Source: Oscillospiraceae bacterium
GTDB lineage: Bacteria; Bacillota; Clostridia; Oscillospirales; Oscillospiraceae
Direction of reading: 5' to 3'
Length of the DNA: 64,000 nt
Assembly (NCBI GenBank): GCA_009780175.1
Contig: WRAO01000010.1
Coordinates: 18,585-82,584, forward strand
The notes below the pieces were generated by a model. That model ran no database searches and was not told where the DNA came from. It was given only the letters and a program-made list of their open reading frames with translations. The position numbers were made by a program, and so were the translations under genes. Shown piece after piece: positions 29,908 through 37,511 of this stretch (positions are counted from its first letter, which is position 1; each line of letters opens with the position of its first letter).

Positions 29908-30990
29908 CTACCTCGCCACAATCTGCACAATATCGTTATACACAATAAATACCATAAAACTCAGCAGCAACACCAGCCCAATCGTGTTGATATACCCCTC
30001 ATATTTCGGGTCCAGCTTCCGCCGCGTAACCCGCTCAATCCCCGCCGTCACCAGCATCAAGAACACCCGGCCGCCGTCCAGCCCCGGAATCGGCATCAGG
30101 TTCAGCATCGCCACGCTGATCGAGATAATCGCCGCCAGCATCAGCAGCCGAAACGCCGCGGTCGCCGCCGTATCCGCCGTAGTCCCGGCCTGGTTCATGA
30201 TATCCACAATCCCGACCACGCTGGAAATATCCTCCACGCTCGCCTGCCCACTGATGAGCATACGGACAGTGAGCGGAAGCTGCCGCATAAAGTCCCGCGT
30301 ATCATTCCACGCAAAAGACAATCGATCCCCAAACGCAGGATCCTCAATCACATGGAAATAAAACCCAAACCGCGGCGTCTCAGACCCTTCGAACATCTGC
30401 CGCTGAAGCGGCAAATCATAAAGCGCCACCTGCCGGCCGTCCCGGATCACCACAACATCCACCGTCTCCCCGGCGCGCATGTCCAGGAGCATCCCAATGT
30501 TGCCATTCTGGTAAACCCGCACCCCGTCAATACTATGGAAGCGGTCCCCCACCAGAAACCCCTGCTCCCCTTCGAGCGGAAACCCATCCGCAAGCCCAGA
30601 GATCGTCGTAGTAGGCAAGGCCACCATAAACGTGCTTGCCACCATCAGCAAAATCAAAAAACCAGATACGATATTCAACACAGACCCGGAAACCATAATA
30701 ATAATCCGCTGCCATATAGGTTTCGCAAAAATACTCGAAGACCCCGCTACATCATTGTCGTCCCCGTCCATAGAGCAAAAGCCCCCAATCGGGATAGCCC
30801 GGAGGGAATAGAGCGTCTCCTTCCCCTGTACCCCGAACACCTTCGGCCCCATGCCGATGGCAAACTCCGGCACACCGACCCGAAAAAGTTTCGCAGAGAT
30901 ATAGTGTCCGAACTCATGGATCGCGATAATGAGCCCAAAAATGAGCATAGCAATTACAATATACATGCAATAAAGGTCCTTTCCGGGCAT
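29908..30990 (-). CDS. rseP: RIP metalloprotease RseP (site-2 protease, M50)
   Basis: 360 aa. HEFGHY zinc motif in TM1, a central PDZ-like region, and a C-terminal NL.PIP.LDGG motif. Confidence 0.9.
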   Translation of the reverse strand: MPGKDLYCMYIVIAMLIFGLIIAIHEFGHYISAKLFRVGVPEFAIGMGPKVFGVQGKETLYSLRAIPIGGFCSMDGDDNDVAGSSSIFAKPIWQRIIIMVSGSVLNIVSGFLILLMVASTFMVALPTTTISGLADGFPLEGEQGFLVGDRFHSIDGVRVYQNGNIGMLLDMRAGETVDVVVIRDGRQVALYDLPLQRQMFEGSETPRFGFYFHVIEDPAFGDRLSFAWNDTRDFMRQLPLTVRMLISGQASVEDISSVVGIVDIMNQAGTTADTAATAAFRLLMLAAIISISVAMLNLMPIPGLDGGRVFLMLVTAGIERVTRRKLDPKYEGYINTIGLVLLLSFMVFIVYNDIVQIVAR

Positions 30991-31102
30991 CTTAGTGGTG
31001 CAAAAAGGTACGATAAGCGTCCCTTTCCGCCCCCATTACGGATACGTTTACAGGGCGATAAGCCCCTCAATCTAGGATTATAATATGCGGATATCGGTGG
31101 GA

Positions 31103-31969
31103 TTAGCCCTGCAAAAAGGGCGGGATCCAGAACATCAAGGCCGTAATAAAGGGCGCAAGCAGAATCATGCTGTCAAACCGATCCAACATCCCCCCGTGTC
31201 CAGGCAAGATGTGTCCAAAATCCTTCTTCCCATACTCCCGCTTGATGAGGGAAAAAGACAAATCTCCAATCTGCGTCACCGCGCTGCCAAGGATCCCAAA
31301 GACAAAAATCGCAAGGATATTAAATGTAGCGTCAAAGAAGAGAACCATGACGAACGTAAAAATAAACATAAGCGCAAAAGCCGCCGCAAAGCCGCCAAGA
31401 CTGCCCTCGATCGTCTTCTTCGGGCTCACCTTCTCAATCAGCTTCCGCCGCCCAAACGCGTGCCCAGCAAAATAGCCGCCCGCGTCGGAAACAAAGGCGA
31501 TGAAAATAGGAATGAGCACATAGACCTGCCCGCCAAAGAAACGGCCCGATCCGTCACCCAGAAACATGCCCGCAGGGATGGCCCGCAGGGTAACAAGCGT
31601 CCCGAGAAACAGCGGAATCACAGCCCCGGCGAAAAAACTGAGGGCCACATAGGAAAAGGGCACTGCCCGTTCCGTATCATAGGCCAAGATAGCCTCTGTA
31701 AAGAGGATCAGAAGCAGAACCACCGCAACAAAAATCCCGCCCATCGGAAGCGTGGATACGCTGTTGAGCAGCGGGATTAAAAACGCAGACACGGCACAGT
31801 ATACAACCACCCGATTGCTGGTCGCCGAGCGGGTGACGAAGACAAACTCCGCCGCGCAAAACGCCGCGACAAGGCCCACAGTAATACCAAAGGCCCAGGG
31901 CGGAAGCAAAAAAATCACCGCCAATATCGCGGGTACACCAGCTGCTGCTACGTAGATTCTCGTTCTCAT
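31103..31969 (-). CDS. cdsA: Phosphatidate cytidylyltransferase
   Basis: 288-aa polytopic membrane protein with the C-terminal signature S..KR....KD.G..LPGHGG.LDR.DS. Confidence 0.9.
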   Translation of the reverse strand: MRTRIYVAAAGVPAILAVIFLLPPWAFGITVGLVAAFCAAEFVFVTRSATSNRVVVYCAVSAFLIPLLNSVSTLPMGGIFVAVVLLLILFTEAILAYDTERAVPFSYVALSFFAGAVIPLFLGTLVTLRAIPAGMFLGDGSGRFFGGQVYVLIPIFIAFVSDAGGYFAGHAFGRRKLIEKVSPKKTIEGSLGGFAAAFALMFIFTFVMVLFFDATFNILAIFVFGILGSAVTQIGDLSFSLIKREYGKKDFGHILPGHGGMLDRFDSMILLAPFITALMFWIPPFLQG

Positions 31970-32021
31970 ATCGGGGGTCCCCTTCTAGGTATGTTCTGGC
32001 GCATATCTCAATAGTGGCGGA

Positions 32022-32759
32022 TTACACCCCACCATATCTTCTATCTCTCTGCTGAAACGCAATAATTGCCTGATCCAATTCCTGGGTAGTAAAATCCGGC
32101 CAAAGCGTGTCGGACACGTAAAACTCACTATAGGCCGATTGCCAGAGCAGAAAGTTCGAGAGCCGCAACTCCCCAGAGGGGCGAATCACGAGGTCTGGGT
32201 CCGGGATATCTGCGGAGTAGAGATAGCGGCCAAAGCTCTCTTCCGTGAGCTCCGGGGCCATGCTATTCGCATAGTCCTCCGCATATCGTTTGACGGCCCG
32301 AAGGATCTCGTCCCGGCCGCCGTAGTTGAGGCAAATGTTGACCTGCACGCCTTCAAAGCGCTGCGAAATCTCTTCCGTCTTGGCGATGAGCGCCTGCAGC
32401 TCTGCCGACAAAACCGAAGTGTCCCCGAAGACTTTCATCTTCACCCGATCCCGCTCCATTTGACTGATGGCTTCCTTGAGGTATCGCTCAAGGAGACCCA
32501 TTATGGTTTCAATCTCGCCTGCGGGACGTTTCCAGTTTTCTGTGGAAAAGGCATAGACGGTCAAATATTCGATGCCCAAATTCTTGCAATGCGTAGCAAT
32601 CTTGCGGAAATTTTCCGCACCGACTGCGTGCCCCGCCGTTCTGGGCAGGCCGCGCCGCTTTGCCCAGCGGCCGTTGCCGTCCATAATGAGTGCAATATGG
32701 CGAGGGAGTCGGTTAAAATCAATCTCCCCCGCCGGTTTTGGTTTGCCAAAAAAGCGCAT
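32022..32759 (-). CDS. uppS: Isoprenyl transferase (undecaprenyl diphosphate synthase)
   Basis: ORF 32022..32807. ATG 32759 avoids overlap with the frr stop at 32764. HIALIMDGNGRWA, FSTENWKRP and RTSGE-like (RPSGELRLSNFLLWQ) motifs. Confidence 0.92.
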   Translation of the reverse strand: MRFFGKPKPAGEIDFNRLPRHIALIMDGNGRWAKRRGLPRTAGHAVGAENFRKIATHCKNLGIEYLTVYAFSTENWKRPAGEIETIMGLLERYLKEAISQMERDRVKMKVFGDTSVLSAELQALIAKTEEISQRFEGVQVNICLNYGGRDEILRAVKRYAEDYANSMAPELTEESFGRYLYSADIPDPDLVIRPSGELRLSNFLLWQSAYSEFYVSDTLWPDFTTQELDQAIIAFQQRDRRYGGV

Positions 32760-32763
32760 TCGA

Positions 32764-33315
32764 TTATAGCTCCGTAAGTTCTTTTTCCTTTTTCGCCGTG
32801 ACAGCATCGACCTCGCCGATGTATTTGTCTGTCAGTTTTTGCAAGTCCTTCTCGGCGTTTTTCAGATCATCTTCCGTCATTTCAGCTGCTTTTTCCTGCT
32901 TTTTGAACAACTCCATCGCGTCTCTGCGGATGTTGCGGATCGCGACTTTGCAATCCTCGCCGTATTTCTTCACCTGTTTGGCGAGTTCTTTTCTCCGCTC
33001 TTCTGTCAGTTGCGGGAAGTTGAGCCGGATCATCTTGCCGTCGTTCGTCGGGTTGATCCCGAGGTCCGAGGCGAGGATCGCCTTTTCGATATCCTTAAGC
33101 AGACTCGCGTCCCAAGGGGTAATGGTCAAAGACCGTGGATCGGGCGAGGCAACATTGGCTACTTGTTGGATCGGGGTCGGCGTTCCATAATAGGAGACGG
33201 AAACCTGATCCAGCACAGCGACGTTTGCTCTGCCAGCCCGAACAGAATTGAACTGATTCTCCAGCACGGAGATGGATTTTTGCATCTTGTCTTGGAACTC
33301 TTTTAGCTCGCTCAT
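32764..33315 (-). CDS. frr: Ribosome recycling factor
   Basis: 183 aa. RAGRANVAVLD.V.V.YYG..TP and LNFPQLTEERRKEL are typical of Frr. Confidence 0.95.
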   Translation of the reverse strand: MSELKEFQDKMQKSISVLENQFNSVRAGRANVAVLDQVSVSYYGTPTPIQQVANVASPDPRSLTITPWDASLLKDIEKAILASDLGINPTNDGKMIRLNFPQLTEERRKELAKQVKKYGEDCKVAIRNIRRDAMELFKKQEKAAEMTEDDLKNAEKDLQKLTDKYIGEVDAVTAKKEKELTEL

Positions 33316-33340
33316 GAATATGCTCCTTTCGTATGAGGCA

Positions 33341-34057
33341 TTACCGTTTTATAATCGTACCGATCTGCTCCCCCCGGATCACACGGAGGATATTCCATGG
33401 GTCTTCCAAAGCAAACAGAATCACCGGGATATCATTGTCCATCGAGAGCGTCGCCGCTGTGGAATCCATGACGGCCAGGTGTTGCGCCAGGACATCGTCG
33501 TAAGTGATAGAGTCGTATTTCACAGCCTCGGGGTTTACATTGGGGTCCGCATCATAGACACCGTCTACGTTTTTCGCAAGCAAGATAACCTCCGCATCAA
33601 TCTCCGCCGCCCGGAGCACCGCCGCTGTGTCGGTTGAAAAATAAGGGTTCCCCGTGCCGCAGGCGAAGATGACAACGCGGCCGCGGCTCAAATGCTTATC
33701 CGCCTTGAGCCGGATATAAGGCTCAGCAATCGCTCTAATCTCCAGCGCCGTCTGAACCCGGACGCTGACGCCCGTCTGTTCCAATACATCGGCCAGAGCC
33801 AGACTGTTCATGACGGTGGCCATCATGCCCATGTGGTCCGCTCGCGTCCGCTCCATCTTTCCGCCGCCGTCTTTGGCGCCCCGCCAAAAATTGCCGCCGC
33901 CGACCACAATGCCGACCTCCACACCGAGGTCTACGCAGGCCTTGATGACTTCCGATACGCGGCGCATCATCTCAAAATCCAGCCCAACCCGTTTGTCGCC
34001 CGCGAGGGCCTCACCGCTGAGTTTGAGCAGGACGCGCTTATAAACTGGTTGATCCAT
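33341..34057 (-). CDS. pyrH: UMP kinase
   Basis: 238 aa. [23 protein letters not shown] and [13 protein letters not shown] motifs. Confidence 0.95.
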   Translation of the reverse strand: MDQPVYKRVLLKLSGEALAGDKRVGLDFEMMRRVSEVIKACVDLGVEVGIVVGGGNFWRGAKDGGGKMERTRADHMGMMATVMNSLALADVLEQTGVSVRVQTALEIRAIAEPYIRLKADKHLSRGRVVIFACGTGNPYFSTDTAAVLRAAEIDAEVILLAKNVDGVYDADPNVNPEAVKYDSITYDDVLAQHLAVMDSTAATLSMDNDIPVILFALEDPWNILRVIRGEQIGTIIKR

Positions 34058-34374
34058 AGGGTTACTCCTGTGTTTCGCAAATTATCTCTTCTATATTAAA
34101 CTATTTTGCCCGCGCTCACAAGAGGTTTGAAAAATTTTCCCAGCATAATCCGGTCGATTTCTCCGTAAATTAGTAGGGACATGCTATCAAAAAACCGGAG
34201 GCAGACCGCCAATGGAAAATACGAAAAAAGTGACCTTCGATCTCGCGGTGGTGTATCTATTCAACCTTGTAATCATCCTCCTAGCTCAACTTGGCTAGGA
34301 GGGAACCGCCTCCCGTCAAAGAAGGGAACACAAGGTAAACACCGTGAACACTCTGTGAAAGGAATGGACTGACT

Positions 34375-34587
34375 ATGATTATGGATCGAATCGCGCTCAT
34401 CTTGGTAATCCTCGGTGGGCTGAATTGGGGTATTGTGGGCATCTTTGGTTTTGACGCCATCGCAGCCATGTTCGGCGGGCAAGTGGGCAGCATCAGCCGA
34501 GTACTCTACACCTTGGTGGGTCTTTCGGCCCTATGGTGCATCTCCCTCCTCTTTCGGGAGCGAGATGTGGCGAACGAACGCGTCTAA
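34375..34587 (+). CDS. DUF378 family small membrane protein
   Basis: 70 aa. The LGGLNWG.VG.F.FD motif with two TM helices is diagnostic of DUF378. Confidence 0.8.
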   Translation: MIMDRIALILVILGGLNWGIVGIFGFDAIAAMFGGQVGSISRVLYTLVGLSALWCISLLFRERDVANERV

Positions 34588-34599
34588 GCCCTCTCCCGC

Positions 34600-34637
34600 A
34601 CGACCCCAGGGCATTTTGATCCCTGGGGTCGTTTTAT
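34600..34637 (+). terminator. Rho-independent terminator after the DUF378 gene
   Basis: ACGACCCCAGGG-cattttgat-CCCTGGGGTCGT followed by TTTAT. Confidence 0.8.
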
Positions 34638-34970
34638 GACTTGTTTGTACTGCACTTTTTGATCGAATTTCGGAAAATTCTGACATTTCCTCTACTTATG
34701 TAAACAGTTTGTGAATATTTGTAATCCATTTTCGCGCGTTTCGTTGTGGATAACTCTGTGGATAATGTGTGAAACCCCACCGAACCAAGGAAAGAATTCC
34801 GTGAAACAAATGCCAATCTATGCGTCACAAAGTGCATAATCGATAATCTGCATCCATCCACATAAAAATATTCTATTTTTTACTTTTTTATCGCTTTTTA
34901 AATTCAGTTGTGCTATACTAGGACTTGGCAAAAATCGGAACCTGATACATAGAAGGAGAGAAACGAAGCT

Positions 34971-35825
34971 ATGTCAGACTTTATAATCATCGCCAACAAC
35001 ACCTGCGACCTGCCCCAGGAGATGGTTCAGCGCTTAGACGTCACCATCCTCCCCATCGGATTTAACATTGGGGACGAGAGCTATAAGGAAATGGCACCCC
35101 ACCTGTTCTATCAAAAACTGAAAGACGGCGCCATGCCTACCACAGCCGCAGCGAACGTGGGCGAGTATCTCGACCTTTATGAAACCGCGCTCTCCACCGG
35201 AAAAGACGTGCTCAACCTCGTCTTCTCCTCCGGTCTATCCGTGACCTACAATGCGGCCCTGATGGCCGCCGAGGAAATAGCGGAGAAATATCCGGATAGG
35301 AAAATTTACGTAGTAGACACCATGGCAGCCTCCTTCGGCGAAGGCATTCTGGTCCGCGGCGCGGCCGAGCGGCGGATCGCCGGGCAGAGTATCGACGAGG
35401 TCAGAGCCTGGGTCGAAGAAACCAAGCCAAAGCTATTCCAATATGTCACCGTCAATGATCTCGATCATCTGAAACGCGGCGGACGGATCTCCGGCGCTCA
35501 GGCCTTTTTGGGCGGTATGCTAGGCGTAAAACCCCTTCTGCGCATGGATGAGATCGGGAAACTAGTCCCCATGGAAAAAGTACGCGGTCGCCAAGCGGCG
35601 CTGTTGCGTTTAATGACGCTCATAGGTGAGCGCGGCGTAGACCTCCCCAGCCAGACTGTCTACATCAGCCACGGCGCCTGCGAAGACGAGGCAAGCTGGC
35701 TCGCCGACCAGATCAAAGAAACGCTCGGCGTACAAGATGTGGTTATCAACTACTTAACACCCGTCATCGGCTCACATACAGGCATTGGCATGGTGGCTGT
35801 GTTCTGCATCGCAGACGGACGCTAA
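34971..35825 (+). CDS. DegV family fatty-acid-binding protein
   Basis: 284 aa. N-terminal I..D...DLP, TAAANVGEY, and SSGLS.TYN-type motifs plus HTG.G near the C-terminus, typical of DegV. Confidence 0.88.
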   Translation: MSDFIIIANNTCDLPQEMVQRLDVTILPIGFNIGDESYKEMAPHLFYQKLKDGAMPTTAAANVGEYLDLYETALSTGKDVLNLVFSSGLSVTYNAALMAAEEIAEKYPDRKIYVVDTMAASFGEGILVRGAAERRIAGQSIDEVRAWVEETKPKLFQYVTVNDLDHLKRGGRISGAQAFLGGMLGVKPLLRMDEIGKLVPMEKVRGRQAALLRLMTLIGERGVDLPSQTVYISHGACEDEASWLADQIKETLGVQDVVINYLTPVIGSHTGIGMVAVFCIADGR

Positions 35826-35892
35826 TAGATCTCCTTCATTAAGAAATCGCCCGCGGATTCTCTTCAAAGAGCCCGCGGGCGAAAAATACCTC

Positions 35893-35921
35893 TTGCCACT
35901 CGGCGCGAGATGTGGTAGACT
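35893..35921 (+). promoter_or_regulatory. Putative promoter of the tRNA pair
   Basis: TTGCCA, a 17-nt spacer, then TAGACT, about 32 nt upstream of the first tRNA. Confidence 0.35.
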
Positions 35922-35953
35922 ATATTCCGCAAGTAGTTCGCTTCCGAAGGCAT

Positions 35954-36030
35954 GGGCCTTTAGCTCAGTTGGTTAGAGCATCCGGCTCATAACCGGACGG
36001 TCCCGGGTTCAAGTCCCCGAAGGCCCACCA
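35954..36030 (+). tRNA. tRNA with CAT anticodon (elongator Met or lysidine-modified Ile2)
   Basis: 77 nt. Acceptor GGGCCTT/AAGGCCC, D-arm GCTCAGTTGGTTAGAGC, anticodon arm TCCGG-CTCATAA-CCGGA, T-loop GGTTCAAGTCC, encoded CCA. There is one C-C mismatch in the T stem. Overall similarity to ileX-type tRNAs makes Ile2 plausible. Confidence 0.85.
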
Positions 36031-36196
36031 AGCTCACTACCGGGGTAATTTCGCCTCGTTGTTCGCGCAAACATGCTCTTGACCTTCGCCCCACCGGAGG
36101 TCAGGGGGTTCCCAAAAGGGGGACTGGTCCCCCTTTTGAATCGCGCGTGAGCAAAGCGAACTTACAGTATTTCCCGCAGGAAATACTCGCGATTCA

Positions 36197-36273
36197 TAGG
36201 GGTATAGCTCAGCTGGTAGAGCAGCGGTCTCCAAAACCGCGTGTCGAGGGTTCGATTCCTTCTGCCCCTGCCA
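36197..36273 (+). tRNA. tRNA-Trp (anticodon CCA)
   Basis: AGGGGTA-TA-GCTC-AGCTGGTA-GAGC-A-GCGGT-CTCCAAA-ACCGC-GGTGTC-GAGGG-TTCGATT-CCTTC-TGCCCCT-G-CCA. Its 3' part is repeated at 48198-48242 and 56035-56050, which marks it as an integration target. Confidence 0.9.
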
Positions 36274-36276
36274 TAG

Positions 36277-36312
36277 AAAACGCTACAACCGTAAGGGTTG
36301 TAGCGTTTTTTC
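36277..36312 (+). terminator. Rho-independent terminator after tRNA-Trp
   Basis: AAAACGCTACAACC-gtaag-GGTTGTAGCGTTTTTT. Confidence 0.8.
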
Positions 36313-36340
36313 GTTTTGGGGTGATTGGGCGAAAAGGGTG

Positions 36341-36364
36341 CCGTGTTCAAGAAATGTTCAAGAA
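36341..36364 (+). repeat. 24-nt direct repeat (left copy); candidate arm-type integrase site of island 1
   Basis: CCGTGTTCAAGAAATGTTCAAGAA is identical to 48049-48072. It contains an internal tandem TGTTCAAGAA x2. Confidence 0.75.
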
Positions 36365-36394
36365 GCCACCACAAACGAAGTTTACCTCCAAGCA

Positions 36395-36422
36395 TTGAAA
36401 AGCTCACATTTTATGATATAAT
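36395..36422 (+). promoter_or_regulatory. Strong sigma-A promoter of the dcm-vsr operon
   Basis: TTGAAA, a 16-nt spacer, then the extended -10 TGaTATAAT. It is followed by AAGGAGG (36504-36510) and ATG 36519. Confidence 0.65.
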
Positions 36423-36518
36423 TGATAAAAATGCAAAACGTCAGATGTCGCTATGCACCTCACCATGTGAAAAATGCGGGGTAAAATTTTGACAATTTCG
36501 GAAAAGGAGGTATCAGTA

Positions 36519-37511
36519 ATGACTGCGAACAAACAAAAATCGTCATATTCTGTAGTTTCATATTTTTGCGGATGTGGCGGTCTGGATTTGGGCTTCCGCG
36601 GCGACTTTAGGTACCACGATGAGGATTACGACCAACTGCCTTTTGACATTAAGGCGGCTTACGACTATGAGCCGCGTTGTATCGAGACATATAACGGTTA
36701 TTTTGGAGAAGGACACGCTTTTGTCAGCGACCTATCAACTGTCGATGTTGCCTCTGTGCCGAAAGCTACGGTGCTCATTGGGGGCTTCCCTTGTCAGGAG
36801 TTCTCTTCCTGCGGCCCCTTGGGCGGCTTGGAGTCCGAGCGAGGCCGACTGTATCAGACACTTATAGCTTATATGAACAAACATCGCCCCACTATTGTGG
36901 TGGGCGAGAATGTCATCAACCTTGAGCGGATGGATAACGGCGCGGTCTTGGAAACCATCAAAACTGACCTTGCGGACGCTGGTTATACGGTGGAGGTATG
37001 GAAGATGTTCGCCCCGGACTACGGGGTGCCGCAGCGCCGCACACGGTTGTTTTTCATTTGCGTCAGAAACGATATCCAAGAACGCTACGGATTCCCAGCA
37101 ATGCCAACGCCTGATTTTACTGGCGAGCACAGGAGTATCGAGTGGGCCATTGGCGATTTACTTGATGTAGCGGATGAGAGCGTTCCAAACCAGAGTCAGT
37201 ATTTCGGGGCGTCGCGCGCTAAGAAGGGAAACGGACAAGGCGACGAGAGCAACAAAAAAGACCTTCCGGCCTATACGATTCGGGCGAACCCGAAGTCCCG
37301 TGTGCAATTTCATTATTCATTGGATAGGCGATTAACCGTTCGCGAGTGCGCGCGAATACAGACTTTTCCGGACGATTTCAAGTTTACTCACGCTAAAACG
37401 GCGAGCGTCTCCCAAATAGGTAATGCGGTGCCACCAATGCTTGCCTACATTGTGGCTAAAGCCATTGAGAACTATTTGAAAGACGTGAAGGAGGTGCAAA
37501 AAGATGTCTAA
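36519..37511 (+). CDS. dcm: DNA (cytosine-5)-methyltransferase
   Basis: ORF 36474..37511. The preferred start is ATG 36519 (AAGGAGG 8 nt upstream). Motif I FCGCGGLDLGF, motif IV GGFPCQEFS, motif VI GENV, motif VIII PQRRTR, motif X GNAVPP. Confidence 0.92.
   Translation: MTANKQKSSYSVVSYFCGCGGLDLGFRGDFRYHDEDYDQLPFDIKAAYDYEPRCIETYNGYFGEGHAFVSDLSTVDVASVPKATVLIGGFPCQEFSSCGPLGGLESERGRLYQTLIAYMNKHRPTIVVGENVINLERMDNGAVLETIKTDLADAGYTVEVWKMFAPDYGVPQRRTRLFFICVRNDIQERYGFPAMPTPDFTGEHRSIEWAIGDLLDVADESVPNQSQYFGASRAKKGNGQGDESNKKDLPAYTIRANPKSRVQFHYSLDRRLTVRECARIQTFPDDFKFTHAKTASVSQIGNAVPPMLAYIVAKAIENYLKDVKEVQKDV

Noticed and set aside
29179-31083. 634-aa ORF on the + strand.
   Set aside because: It is antisense to ispG and rseP, both of which have diagnostic motifs. 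Its composition is dominated by R/P/H/N, and no start context is visible.
34181-34374. Possible riboswitch or leader upstream of the DUF378 gene (hairpin CCTCCTAGC...GCTAGGAGG at about 34277-34303).
   Set aside because: It resembles no riboswitch class I can recall, and no terminator/antiterminator alternative is visible. The evidence is too weak to report as a feature.
34634-34861. 75-aa minus-strand ORF in the AT-rich spacer before degV.
   Set aside because: It has no RBS and an odd composition, and it lies in what looks like the degV promoter region. It is probably non-coding.
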